A program made the translations under genes and the position numbers. Under the pieces are notes generated by a model that saw only the letters and a list, made by a program, of their open reading frames with translations, was not told the origin of the DNA and made no database searches. A DNA stretch of 63,820 nucleotides, the filler included, from a bacterium (lineage in GTDB: Bacteria; JADJOY01): the NCBI GenBank assembly GCA_046331705.1. It is 3 parts of 3 records of this genome, joined end to end, with 100 filler letters (N's around TTAATTAATTAA, not from the genome) between each part and the next. Parts side by side here need not be neighbours in the genome. Positions count along the whole stretch, not along the records: positions 28,755 to 55,833 come from JAXLQJ010000077.1; positions 55,934 to 63,820 come from JAXLQJ010000107.1; 1 more part is not named here. The stretch is one strand, 5' to 3'. This document shows positions 54,803 through 63,820 of the stretch, piece after piece; position 1 is the first letter of the stretch; each line of letters opens with the position of its first letter.

Positions 54803-55833
54803 TCAACGCGGCTCGCCACCCTCCGACTGGGGCGCCGACCCGTCGTCGCCGCCGTTCTCCGTGTGGCGCGACTTGAGACCGCTCCAGCGCGCTTGGTTGC
54901 GCACCGCGCGCAGGAAGAAATCGAGGAGCAGCATGTGGCGCCGCATGGCGCGATCGTAGCGGTGCGGCCTGAGCGGGTTGAACACGCCGACGCCGCCGCT
55001 CGCGAAGAGCTGACGCGGGTCCTTGCGGATCCACGACCACGAGCCGATCTCGAGGGTCCACGGCACGAACACGCGCTCGGGATGCGCGGCGCGGTGGCGG
55101 TCGTAGAGGTGGTCCCAGAGATCGCCGGCGGTGGTGTAGGCGTCGCTCTGCGGCTCGATTCGGTACACGTGATACGGGTAGGTCCGATCGAGCAGATCGG
55201 CGAGCGCCGACACCTGCTGGAGCGACGGAAACGCCGCGCGCGACTTGGCGTACGGGAACCAAAGCCGATCGGTGGCGCCGAACCCCGAGTGGACGTCGAG
55301 CGCGAGCGCCGCCCGCGCCGGGAAGATCTCGCGCTCCACCAGCTCGACGAGCGCGCGGGACTCGACTTCCATCTCGCCGGGCCGCCCGCGATACCACGGC
55401 AGGTGGCGCGAGATCCGGTGCCCGCCCACCAGCAATGGAGTGCGCACCTCGGCCTCCACCGGCGCGTTGCGCATCAGGTCCACACCGCGTGGGTTCGAAC
55501 GGCTGCGCAGCCACATGCCGCCCGGGTTCACGATGGGCATCGCGACGATCCGGCATTTGCGCAGCGCGCGGCGTGCGTCTTTGTCCCAGCGCGTGCGCTC
55601 GACGAGGCTCTGAAGGAACGACAGCACCACGTGGCTGCCGATGCGCTCGAGGCCGTGCACGCCGCCGAAGAGGCCGAGCACCGGGCGCTCGCGATCCTGG
55701 GTGCCGAGATGACACGCGTAGAGCGGGAACGATCGCTCGCCGCACGGGATGCTCGCGAGGCGCTCGAGACGGATCAGCTCGGGCGCGGACGCGGCGAGCG
55801 CCTCCAGGCGATCGAGCTCCGGCAGGGAGCGCA
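54803..55833 (-). CDS. M14 zinc carboxypeptidase-like (DUF2817-like); start codon probably clipped by the contig end
   Basis: GGVHGLE, PIVNPGG, RSNPRGVDLMRN, DVHSGFG, TLEIG; frame open to the edge, where TG precedes RSLPEL. Confidence 0.88.
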
Positions 55834-55933
55834 NNNNNNNNNNNNNNNNNNNNNNNNNNNNNNNNNNNNNNNNNNNNTTAATTAATTAANNNNNNNNNNN
55901 NNNNNNNNNNNNNNNNNNNNNNNNNNNNNNNNN
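55834..55933. other. Artificial contig linker
   Basis: 44 N + TTAATTAATTAA + 44 N. Confidence 0.99.
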
Positions 55934-56657
55934 GCACCTGACCGCGGTACCGAGCCCCGCCGGCAGCGCGGATCCATCCCGCAGTGAGGTCGGTCCCCTC
56001 AAACCAATCCCAGAGACCGTTTCCATCGGCGCTGAGATCTTCCCTCTCACGCCCAGAGACCTCCGCCGTGGATACCGCGGCTTGCGCGGCGGCATAGCCA
56101 CAGAGGTCGTGACCGAATCCGCTCCGCACCCGCAGATCGAGACGCTCCTGGTCGAGGATCCCCCACCGACGGCACTTGCGCCGCGTTGGACCGCGTGCTC
56201 CAGCAGCGCGCCACGCGCGGATGTCGTGATCGCCCCACCGATGGGGTCGCACTACTTCCTCTGTGCCGATCGGATCGATTTCCACCACGATGGCGGACTC
56301 GACAACCGGCCCACACTCTGGATGCCACTGCCGCTTCGGCAGGACAGCGCGTGGACGACCGACGTGAGTGAGCTGGGCGCATTCTCCGAGCTGACATGGG
56401 AAGCCCCACATCGCGTCCTCGGTCGCGCGCGCGTGATCACTCCAGCGGGGTCGTTCGAGAACGCCGTGCTGATCGAGACATCCGAACCGGCGCACGGTGA
56501 CAAGCCGGCTCGCGCGGTCCGCCGCACGTACTACGCCGCCAACGTCGGTCCCGTGCTGGTGCTCGTGCCCGAGGCTGACGGCCGCTGGGTCGCCGACCTG
56601 GTGCTGGAATCCATCGTCGTGCCGCCGCCCGCGGCGCCGCCAAAATCGCAACCGTGA
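55934..56657 (+). CDS. Hypothetical protein (DUF3108/TapB-like C-terminus), 5' truncated
   Basis: Frame open from the contig start; VITPAGSFENAVLIET...TYYAANVGPV motif. Confidence 0.6.
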
Positions 56658-57313
56658 CCACGCTCGCCAGTGCGCTGGAGCCTGCCGGAGTTCCGCCGGA
56701 GGAGATCCCGAAGATCTACACGCGGCTGGCGCCGATGTACGACTTCTGGGCGCGGCTCACCGAATCGAGAGCGCGCGAGCTGGCCGTGGCCCACGTCCGC
56801 GACGGCGAGCACGTGCTGGAGGTGGCCGTGGGCACCGGGCTCGCGTTCGAGACGCTGGTCCACGCGAACCCGCACGGCAGGACCGAAGGTGTGGACCTCA
56901 CGCCGGCGATGCTCGAGCGCGCGCGCCGCAAGGTGCGCGGGCTGCCGGGCAAGCACGCGCTCTCGATCGCGGACGCGTGCGCGTTGCCGTTCGCCAACGC
57001 CTCGTTCGATCTGGTGCTCAACTCCTACATGCTCGATCTGATGCCGGCCGCGGGGATCGCGCGCGTTCTCGCCGAGCTGCGTCGGGTGCTGCGCTCGACC
57101 GGCCGCCTGGTGCTCGTGAACATGGCCGAGCCGCCGCCCCGCAGGAGGGCGGCGTATCTGTGGCTCTATCGTCGTGCGCCGCGACTGCTCGGCGGCTGCC
57201 GTCCGGTGGCGCTCACGTCGGCGCTCGAACAGGCGGGATTCACCATCGCGACACGCGAGATCGTGACCCAGCTCGGATTTCCGTCCGAGCTGATCCTCGC
57301 CAAGCCGGTGTGA
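56654..57313 (+). CDS. Class I SAM-dependent methyltransferase (UbiE-like)
   Basis: YTRLAPMYD, VLEVAVGTG, GVDLTPAML, DACALPF..ASFD, ELRRVLR. Confidence 0.92.
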   Translation: MTTLASALEPAGVPPEEIPKIYTRLAPMYDFWARLTESRARELAVAHVRDGEHVLEVAVGTGLAFETLVHANPHGRTEGVDLTPAMLERARRKVRGLPGKHALSIADACALPFANASFDLVLNSYMLDLMPAAGIARVLAELRRVLRSTGRLVLVNMAEPPPRRRAAYLWLYRRAPRLLGGCRPVALTSALEQAGFTIATREIVTQLGFPSELILAKPV

Positions 57314-57424
57314 GCGCGGCGCGATTGCGTCGTGTACGTGTTTCCGCCGCGAAGGCTCGCGGGCGGCCGACGGAGCGGCCGCGCTCCATGCGAGCCGCTC
57401 TCGGCGTGACGGACACTCGTCCTG

Positions 57425-58780
57425 TCAAGGCGCGGTCGAGAGCCAGGTGCGCGTGGAGCCGCGCTCGAAGCCGTCGGCGAAGATGAAGCTGCTCCACAGC
57501 CGCGCGACGGCGGCCTGGGTTTCGCCGGCGGTTTCGGCGCTCCCCGCGATCACGAGCTTGCCGGCCTGAAGACCACCCGCGAGCCCGAGATCGTCGTCGA
57601 CACCACCGAGGTCGAACGCCACCTCCGATACACCGAAGAAACCGAATCCGGAGTCCACGCCACCGTCGTGGTCGAGCCGGTAGGCGAAGAAGTTCCGGTC
57701 CGCACCGACGTTCGCCGCGTCCCCCGCGAGCAGGATGCGTCCGTCGCTCTGCGGGACGATCGACGCCATCGCCTCGACGTCGTACACGTTGTCCACCCAC
57801 ACGCCGTCGCCGTCGAAGCCGGAATCGAGCGTGCCGGTGCTGGTGAGCCGCGCCACCGCCGAGCGCGTGGTACCCGTATCGGCGTCGTCGGACGCACCCG
57901 CCGCGAGCACTCGCCCGGTCACCGGGTCGATCGCGAGATCGCTCATGCGATCGTCCTCGCCGTAAGGGAAATCGAACGCGAACGCACCGTCGCCGCTGAA
58001 CGTCGAATCGAGGACGCCGCCGCTCGTGAGCCGCACCACCGCGAACACGGTACCGAGCGCACCGCCATCGATCGTGCCGCCTGCGACGATCTTGCCATCG
58101 TCCTGGATCACGACTTGCCCGAAGTCCGCGCCGGCGCCCCAATCGAGGTCGAACCGGCCATCGCCGCTGAAGGACGTGTCCGGCGTGCCGTTGATCTGCA
58201 AGCGCAGGACGAGCAGTCGCTGGTTGGAGGATCCGTCGAGAATGTCGCCGGCGGCGACGATCCGATCTTGACCGTCGATCGCCACGTCGCTCAGGTGCTC
58301 CGCCTGATTGAGCCCGACGGTGTAGACACCGTCGCCGCTGAACGACGAATCGAGCGTGCACGCCGGATACAGGTAGCGAAGGATCAGAACGTCGTAGCCG
58401 GTGCCGGCGAACGACGCGGTGCCGACCACGACCAAGCGCCCATCGGAGTCGAACGTCGCGGCGTTGGCGCTGGCAAAGAGCCCACCCCCGGGCGAGATCG
58501 GCGAGCAGATCGTGCCGGTTGCGGTGTCGCTCAACGAATACCAGAAGAGCGTGCTCTGACCATTCGCGAAGAAGCGTGTCCCGGCGATCACGACGCGGCC
58601 GTCGGGCGCCGCGGCCACCGCGTTCGCGTGCGGATCGCCTCCCGAGGGCGCCACGGTGATCTTGCCGTCGGAGAAGAAACCGGTATCGAGAAAGCCGGTC
58701 GCTTCCGCGCGCGCCGCCGAGGCAGCTACGACGTGCACGAGACACGCGAACCAGAGAATGCGTGCGGGATGCCGAGTCAT
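57425..58780 (-). CDS. Secreted delta-60 repeat beta-propeller protein with C-terminal IFADGFE motif
   Basis: Signal ending ARA; repeats GxLDxxFSGDG and QxDGKIVxxG; ends FIFADGFERGSTRTWLSTAP. Confidence 0.9.
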   Translation of the reverse strand: MTRHPARILWFACLVHVVAASAARAEATGFLDTGFFSDGKITVAPSGGDPHANAVAAAPDGRVVIAGTRFFANGQSTLFWYSLSDTATGTICSPISPGGGLFASANAATFDSDGRLVVVGTASFAGTGYDVLILRYLYPACTLDSSFSGDGVYTVGLNQAEHLSDVAIDGQDRIVAAGDILDGSSNQRLLVLRLQINGTPDTSFSGDGRFDLDWGAGADFGQVVIQDDGKIVAGGTIDGGALGTVFAVVRLTSGGVLDSTFSGDGAFAFDFPYGEDDRMSDLAIDPVTGRVLAAGASDDADTGTTRSAVARLTSTGTLDSGFDGDGVWVDNVYDVEAMASIVPQSDGRILLAGDAANVGADRNFFAYRLDHDGGVDSGFGFFGVSEVAFDLGGVDDDLGLAGGLQAGKLVIAGSAETAGETQAAVARLWSSFIFADGFERGSTRTWLSTAP

Positions 58781-58857
58781 TGGCGATACCGCGCGCACTC
58801 TACGCGATTCCGCGCGGCGAGCGACACCGATAGGGAGCGCGAGTCGCCGCCGCGCGG

Positions 58858-59385
58858 CTACTCGTTCGGATCGAAGGTCCGAATGTCCTTCAACGTGAAA
58901 CCGGCGCGGTGCGCGAGCGGACTCGCCTTCGCGTAGTCGGCGTCCGAGAGCAGCACCAGCACGTACGAGTCGGACGCGATGTCGAGGGCCGCGAGGACTC
59001 GCTGATCCGCGCCGAGAAGCCTGGCGATCGCGCGCAAGCAATCGAGGGTCGTGCCCTCGCAATGCTGCGCCGTGATGCTCGCCTTGCGCGCGTCGGAGAG
59101 CGCCGCGTAGCCGGCGAGCTGCTCGAGATTCCAGATCACGTCCGCAGCGCCGAGCTTCCAATCCAGCTCGACGGCCCGATGGCGCGCGATCAGCTCATCG
59201 ACGAGCGCGAGCCACGGCAGCCATTTCCTTCGGCCGGGCTCGTCGAGGGCTTGGAGTCGATCGGCGGTGGCGGCGTGAGTCTCGACGTAGTGCTGCGGCG
59301 CCTCGATCGCGGCGCGGATGGCCTCCGCCAAGCCGCCGTCCGCGGGCGCCAGCACCGCAGCCAATGCCAGAAGCACTTCCTTCAC
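58858..59385 (-). CDS. Hypothetical protein (DUF6630-like)
   Basis: GTGA-coupled to the GNAT; ALVDEL...ELDWK...LDIASDSYVL. Confidence 0.65.
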   Translation of the reverse strand: MKEVLLALAAVLAPADGGLAEAIRAAIEAPQHYVETHAATADRLQALDEPGRRKWLPWLALVDELIARHRAVELDWKLGAADVIWNLEQLAGYAALSDARKASITAQHCEGTTLDCLRAIARLLGADQRVLAALDIASDSYVLVLLSDADYAKASPLAHRAGFTLKDIRTFDPNE

Positions 59386-59888
59386 CGGAGCTCCTTGTAA
59401 TAGTACGCGGTCGCGCGCAGCGCGCCGTCGAGCGCCGCGGCGTAGGCAGGAACCTCACCGACCCGCTTCCAACCGAGGTGGTCGTACACGGACTCTGCCG
59501 CCGAGCCTGCCTGGGTGTCGAGCACGAGCAGCGTACGGCCGGCGACGCGCGCGTGTCCTTCGGCCGTCTCCATCGAGCGCGAGGCAATCCCGCGCGCGCT
59601 ACGCAGCACGAAGAGCTTCTGCACCTCGGCTCGGTGACGCGCGTTCTCGCGCTCACAGAGCGCGAGCTGCACCGAACCCACGACCTCCCTCCCCTCTTCC
59701 GCGACCCAAAGCACGAGGCCGTGGCCCAGGCTCGCCGACACCTGCGCCCAGTAGCGAAACGCCGTGTCGCGCTCGAGCGGCGCCAAGAACCCCACCGAAG
59801 CCCCACTCTCGATGGCATCCACCAGCGACGCACCGAGCCCCGTGAGAAGGATCGGATCGATCGCACACGCCCGACGGATGCGAATCAC
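59382..59888 (-). CDS. GNAT N-acetyltransferase (start approximate)
   Basis: GASVGFLAPL, NARHRAEVQKLFV, LLVLDT, YDHLGWKRVGEVPAYA. Confidence 0.9.
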   Translation of the reverse strand: MIRIRRACAIDPILLTGLGASLVDAIESGASVGFLAPLERDTAFRYWAQVSASLGHGLVLWVAEEGREVVGSVQLALCERENARHRAEVQKLFVLRSARGIASRSMETAEGHARVAGRTLLVLDTQAGSAAESVYDHLGWKRVGEVPAYAAALDGALRATAYYYKELR

Positions 59889-60007
59889 CGCGAGTCCCAA
59901 GTCATCGGCCAACGATGAGAGCGAGCAGGCGGAGGGCGGGGAACCAGTCCCGCCGCGCGTTCCCGGACCGGCGGGAGCCGTTTCCGCTCCAATGCTTGGC
60001 CGGTCAT

Positions 60008-60316
60008 TCAGCGCTCGTGCGGTGGAATCGCGCGCAGCTCGGCGACGAAGCGCGCGTGCGCAGCGAGATCCACCGGCCGATGCTTCACCTTCGTGCTCGC
60101 CGGGTCCTTGCCGAGGTAGTTGTCGCCCTTCCAGTTGCGCGCCGGCCGGATCGGTCGCGGCACGAACCCGCCACCACAGTTCGGGCATACGTTCGCGAGC
60201 AGCACCTCGACACAGCGCGCACAGAACGTGCACTCGTACGAGCAGATCCGCGCCTCGCGCGAGTCCGGCGGCAACGCCACGTCGCAGTGCTCACAGGTCG
60301 GTCTGAGCTCGAGCAT
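60008..60316 (-). CDS. DUF1272 family Cys-rich protein
   Basis: GGGAGG SD; MLELRPTCEHCD...ICSYECTFCARC...CPNCGGGFVPRP. Confidence 0.93.
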   Translation of the reverse strand: MLELRPTCEHCDVALPPDSREARICSYECTFCARCVEVLLANVCPNCGGGFVPRPIRPARNWKGDNYLGKDPASTKVKHRPVDLAAHARFVAELRAIPPHER

Positions 60317-60462
60317 CGGCACCTCCCACGGACGACCCGCCGCTCGCCCATCATGGCGCGGCGTGCTCGCGCTGCCACGTCGCGGGCAATTGCCTGACTG
60401 GCTGACTACCCCGCCGCCGCTCCACCGCGACGCGCTTGGACCTTGAACCGACGCGCACACGA

Positions 60463-60486
60463 GGTGTATTAGTCATATAGAACACT
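60463..60486 (+). promoter_or_regulatory. YtrA-type operator overlapping the promoter
   Basis: AT-rich inverted repeat GTGTATTA-N6-TAGAACAC; TTGAAC -35-like at 60443-60448. Confidence 0.75.
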
Positions 60487-60497
60487 AGATCGATCCC

Positions 60498-60905
60498 ATG
60501 CTCGTCGTCCGACTCCAACCACTCAGCGGCCTGCCCATCTACCGCCAGATCGTCCGCCAGGTGCGAGCGGCGATCGCGACCGGCCGGCTCGCGCCCGGCG
60601 ACCCGATTCCATCGGTGCGCGAGCTGTCCCAGCAGCTCGGCGTGAACCCGCTCACGGTGGTGAAGGCCTACGGCGAGCTCGAGCACATGGGCGTGGTCGT
60701 CACGAGACGCGGTACGGGGACGTTCGTCGCAGACGCACTGCCCGAGCACGACGCGCGCGCCCGCCGCGAGATGCTCGCGGAAGCCGCGGAGCTTCTCGCC
60801 GTCGAGGCGTACCACTTGGGCTTCGATCTCGACGCCACGCAAGCCGCCGTCGCGACGGCGTTCGCCCGGTTCGCTCGCGAGCGGGCTCGAGGAGGCAGCC
60901 GATGA
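60498..60905 (+). CDS. GntR family regulator, YtrA subfamily
   Basis: PIYRQIV...PSVRELSQQLGVNPLTVVKAYGELE...RGTGTFV; short C-domain; followed by ABC genes. Confidence 0.95.
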   Translation: MLVVRLQPLSGLPIYRQIVRQVRAAIATGRLAPGDPIPSVRELSQQLGVNPLTVVKAYGELEHMGVVVTRRGTGTFVADALPEHDARARREMLAEAAELLAVEAYHLGFDLDATQAAVATAFARFARERARGGSR

Positions 60906-61795
60906 GCGCTCAGGTGGTGGAGACGGTCGGGTTGTGCCGTTCGTTCGGCCACGTCGAGGCGTTGCGGGACCTGAATCTCACGGTCGCACCCGGCACGGTC
61001 TACGCGCTCCTCGGCCGCAACGGCGCCGGGAAATCCACGGCCATCCGCGTGCTCATGGGGCTCATTCGACCGAGCGCAGGGACGGCCCGGGTCTTCGACC
61101 ACGATCCGTGGACGGCGCCCACGGCGATCAAGCAGCGGATCGGCTATTTCTCGGAAACGCTCGAGCTCTATCCGTGGATGCGCGTGGGCCAGCTCATCGA
61201 GCTCACGGCCGCGCTCTACGCGAAATGGGATCGAGCCTACGAGGCGCACCTCGTAAGACGGCTCGAGCTACCGCTCGATCCCAAGATCTCCACACTCTCC
61301 ACCGGAATGAAGCGACGGCTCGGGCTCTTGCTGGCGCTCTGCCCCCGCCCCGAGCTGCTGATCCTCGACGAGCCCGGCGGCGGGCTCGACGTGGTGGTCC
61401 GCCGCGAGTTCCTCGACATCCTCTTCGAGGTCCTCGCCGACGAGTCGCACACCTTGCTCTTCGCCTCCCACATCTTCTCGGACGTCGAGCGCATCGCCAC
61501 CCACGTGGGGATCATCGAGGCGGGCGCGCTGGTGGTCGAGCGCCCGATCGACGCGCTCTACGAATCGGTGCGGCACGTCCACATCGAACTCGATCGCGAG
61601 GTGCCGAAGCTCGACATCCCGGGCGTGCTGTCGGTGCGCCGCAACGGCCCGCGCCGCTGGACCGCCGCCGTCGACCACTTCGACGCCAGCACGCTCAGCG
61701 CGATCCAGCAGCGCCTCCCCACCGCGCAGCTCGAAGCGCAGCCCGTCGGCCTCGAAGAGATCTTCATCGATTTCGTGCAGGCGCACCGTGGATGA
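60902..61795 (+). CDS. ABC transporter ATP-binding protein (YtrB-like)
   Basis: GRNGAGKST, LSTGM, LILDEP, SH. Confidence 0.95.
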   Translation: MSAQVVETVGLCRSFGHVEALRDLNLTVAPGTVYALLGRNGAGKSTAIRVLMGLIRPSAGTARVFDHDPWTAPTAIKQRIGYFSETLELYPWMRVGQLIELTAALYAKWDRAYEAHLVRRLELPLDPKISTLSTGMKRRLGLLLALCPRPELLILDEPGGGLDVVVRREFLDILFEVLADESHTLLFASHIFSDVERIATHVGIIEAGALVVERPIDALYESVRHVHIELDREVPKLDIPGVLSVRRNGPRRWTAAVDHFDASTLSAIQQRLPTAQLEAQPVGLEEIFIDFVQAHRG

Positions 61796-61846
61796 GACCG
61801 TCCGGCGCGTCGAGTGGCCGTGCATGCGGCGCTTCGAGGTGAGCGC

Positions 61847-63319
61847 GTGATCGATCCCGAGCGCCACGTGCGTCGAGCCCTGTGGCGATGGGAGTGGGCA
61901 CGACTCGTTCCCGGTCGATCCAAGACGCAACTCATCGTCTTGCTGGGCGGACTCACCTTCACGTTCGTCGCAGCGAAGCCGTCCGCGCTGTTGTGGGCAT
62001 ACATCGGCAGTCTTCACATTGCCGCGCGTTCGTGGGGATTTCGGCACGGGGCGCTCGCTGCCATCGGCGAATACCTCCCCAGTCACGGCGTCGCACGCGA
62101 CGCGATCGTTCGAGCTCGATACCGCGCCGATTGGTCGTTGATGATCGCCGTCTGGGCTCTCACCGCATGCGGTGCACTGGTGAACCCGTTCTCGCCCGTG
62201 TGGGGGGACGATGGTCACCTGCGCGTCGACGCGGCGGCAATCCTGCCATCGCTCCTGCTGGCGGGCGGCCTGGGCTACAGCGCCTTGACGCGCACCATCA
62301 CCCAGCGGCGAGACCTGGCGACCGGGCTGACTTGGGTCGGCGTGGCGGCCACAGGACTCATCGACTGGCTTCGGCCGCGATGGTTCTTCGTCGACGTCGT
62401 ACCGCGGTTCCGCGCGGCGCTTCCGACCACCCCGCTGCGCTGGGCGGCGCTGGCGGTGGTTCTCGCGCTGCTGACGGTCCTCTCGCATCGCTCGATCACG
62501 TCCGAGCTGGTCGAACTCGACCCGACGACCCGGAACAAGACGCCGCGCTCTCCGGCGCCACGGCCAAGGGACGCGGCGGGCGCCGTCCGTTCGCGCCGGC
62601 TGTCACACGCGACGGCGAGCCAGCCTTGGCGCGCGTGGGCTCATGCGCTCATCGAGGGCGGCGCGCGATGGGTCGTGGCGCTCGCGCCTTTGCTTCTCGG
62701 GCTGATCATCGCTCTCGCGCTCACCTGCAGCTCTCGTCAGCGCCCACTCGTCGCGGCCTGGATCTGCGTCCCCTCTGCTTCGATTGCCATCGCGCTCGCC
62801 GTGTTTGGGAACGCCGATTCATCGCGCTCCCGACGCCACTCGACGGCGATGTGGGAGTTCGTCTTCACCCGGCCCGTCGGACGGTCCACGATCTTCGCCG
62901 TCCACTGCGCGAGCTTCCTGCTCGCGCAGTTGGCCCTCATCGGCGGGCTCGCCGCGCTCGAGATCGCGATCGGTCTCGCGCGGGTCGTGCCCCTGGATCC
63001 GTGGGTGACGGTTGCGCGCGGTGGGCTCACGGGCGTGGCTGGCCTTGCCCTGGGCACGCTCGCGCTCGCGACGGTTCCCGAAGGCCGAGGCTCACTCTGG
63101 CATTGGCTTCGTCACGAGCCGTTCAACCTCGTCGGGACCCTCTTCGGCTCCCTGGGCGCGGTGGCACTGACCATCCTGGCGAGCGCGGCATCGCTCGGCT
63201 CGGCGGGCGCGCCCTGCTTCCTGCCGTCGAGCTGGCTCGTGGCTCTGGCGCTGGCGACGCTCGCGCTCAGCGTCGGCTCCTCCTGGACCGCCTTCGCGCG
63301 CTGGGAGCTTTCGAGCTGA
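61847..63319 (+). CDS. ABC-2-type permease with two fused halves (alternative start 61814)
   Basis: GAGGTG SD before GTG 61847; two TM blocks, each with an E(Y/F)xxxxxVxRxxI motif. Confidence 0.7.
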   Translation: MIDPERHVRRALWRWEWARLVPGRSKTQLIVLLGGLTFTFVAAKPSALLWAYIGSLHIAARSWGFRHGALAAIGEYLPSHGVARDAIVRARYRADWSLMIAVWALTACGALVNPFSPVWGDDGHLRVDAAAILPSLLLAGGLGYSALTRTITQRRDLATGLTWVGVAATGLIDWLRPRWFFVDVVPRFRAALPTTPLRWAALAVVLALLTVLSHRSITSELVELDPTTRNKTPRSPAPRPRDAAGAVRSRRLSHATASQPWRAWAHALIEGGARWVVALAPLLLGLIIALALTCSSRQRPLVAAWICVPSASIAIALAVFGNADSSRSRRHSTAMWEFVFTRPVGRSTIFAVHCASFLLAQLALIGGLAALEIAIGLARVVPLDPWVTVARGGLTGVAGLALGTLALATVPEGRGSLWHWLRHEPFNLVGTLFGSLGAVALTILASAASLGSAGAPCFLPSSWLVALALATLALSVGSSWTAFARWELSS

Positions 63320-63412
63320 ATCAACGGCTCGGCGACTGCCGCGCGACCGCGATCCGACGACTGCCGGGCCAGCGCGCTCGATCCGCTCTCGCGCCGCGAC
63401 GCCGCGCCCGAA

Positions 63413-63820
63413 TCAGCCGTGCGCGCGTTCGGGGCCCGCCAGAGCATCCGCGACGGCCTCCGCCTCCATCCGCTTCTGGCAATCGGGGCAGATGCCGTGG
63501 GTCACGGTGGCGTCGGTGTGCTCGGCGAGGTAGGCCTCGAACGACTCCCAGTAGTGCGCATCGCTTCGGATCTTGCGGCACCAAGCGCAGACCGGCAGCA
63601 GCCCTTGCAGCGTGCGCACCTTGGCGAGCGCCGCTTCGAGCTCGCGCACCCGACCGGCGAGCGCCTGACGCAGCTCGACCATGCGCACACCCACGTGGAT
63701 GCGGGCCCTGAGCTCGTCCGCGACGAACGGTTTGACGATGTAGTCATCCGCGCCAGCGGCGAAACCTTGCATGACGGCGTCGTGGCCTTGACGCGCGGTG
63801 AGCACCAACAAGAAAGGCGG
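63413..63820 (-). CDS. Response regulator (REC + coiled coil + CAWC...HGICPDC domain), 5' truncated
   Basis: VLTAR...GADDYIVKPF...LLPVCAWCRKIR...THGICPDC. Confidence 0.9.
   Translation of the reverse strand, partial: PPFLLVLTARQGHDAVMQGFAAGADDYIVKPFVADELRARIHVGVRMVELRQALAGRVRELEAALAKVRTLQGLLPVCAWCRKIRSDAHYWESFEAYLAEHTDATVTHGICPDCQKRMEAEAVADALAGPERAHG

Overview
GC-rich Gram-negative bacterial DNA (lpxH, surA, lipoproteins). The gene repertoire resembles Myxococcota/Binatota-type deltaproteobacteria; this is an inference. The window is three contigs joined by artificial 100-nt N/TTAATTAATTAA linkers (28655-28754, 55834-55933), so adjacency across linkers is meaningless. Contig 1 holds an acyl-CoA dehydrogenase/MaoC/FabG4-like cluster, three tandem CSLREA beta-helix surface proteins behind a candidate sigma54 promoter, ppa, a trpB2 operon, two paralogous hybrid kinases, a GH-D-like lipoprotein, lpxH, ArsC/Spx, a membrane spermidine-synthase-like protein, surA and truncated mfd. 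Contig 2 holds uvrA, a 59-aa CPxCG protein missing from the ORF track, a PIG-L deacetylase, a lipase-like lipoprotein, a transglutaminase, a ~5 kb frameshift-riddled stretch (probably sequencing error), a secreted propeller/Ig-like protein, a Mo-bisPGD oxidoreductase, an AidB-like ACAD, a GT-C-like membrane cluster and an M14 peptidase. Contig 3 holds a methyltransferase, a delta-60 repeat protein, GNAT, DUF1272, a YtrA-type GntR/ABC operon with operator and a partial response regulator. The best candidate for an undescribed system is the CSLREA array: mosaic DNA identity tracts, Cys-clamped variable loops and a Cys-TM-Arg C-terminal tail. A sigma54-linked small CAWC/GICxxC protein is second. 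I recognised no rRNA, tRNA, CRISPR array or transposase. All family calls come from motif recognition, not database searches.
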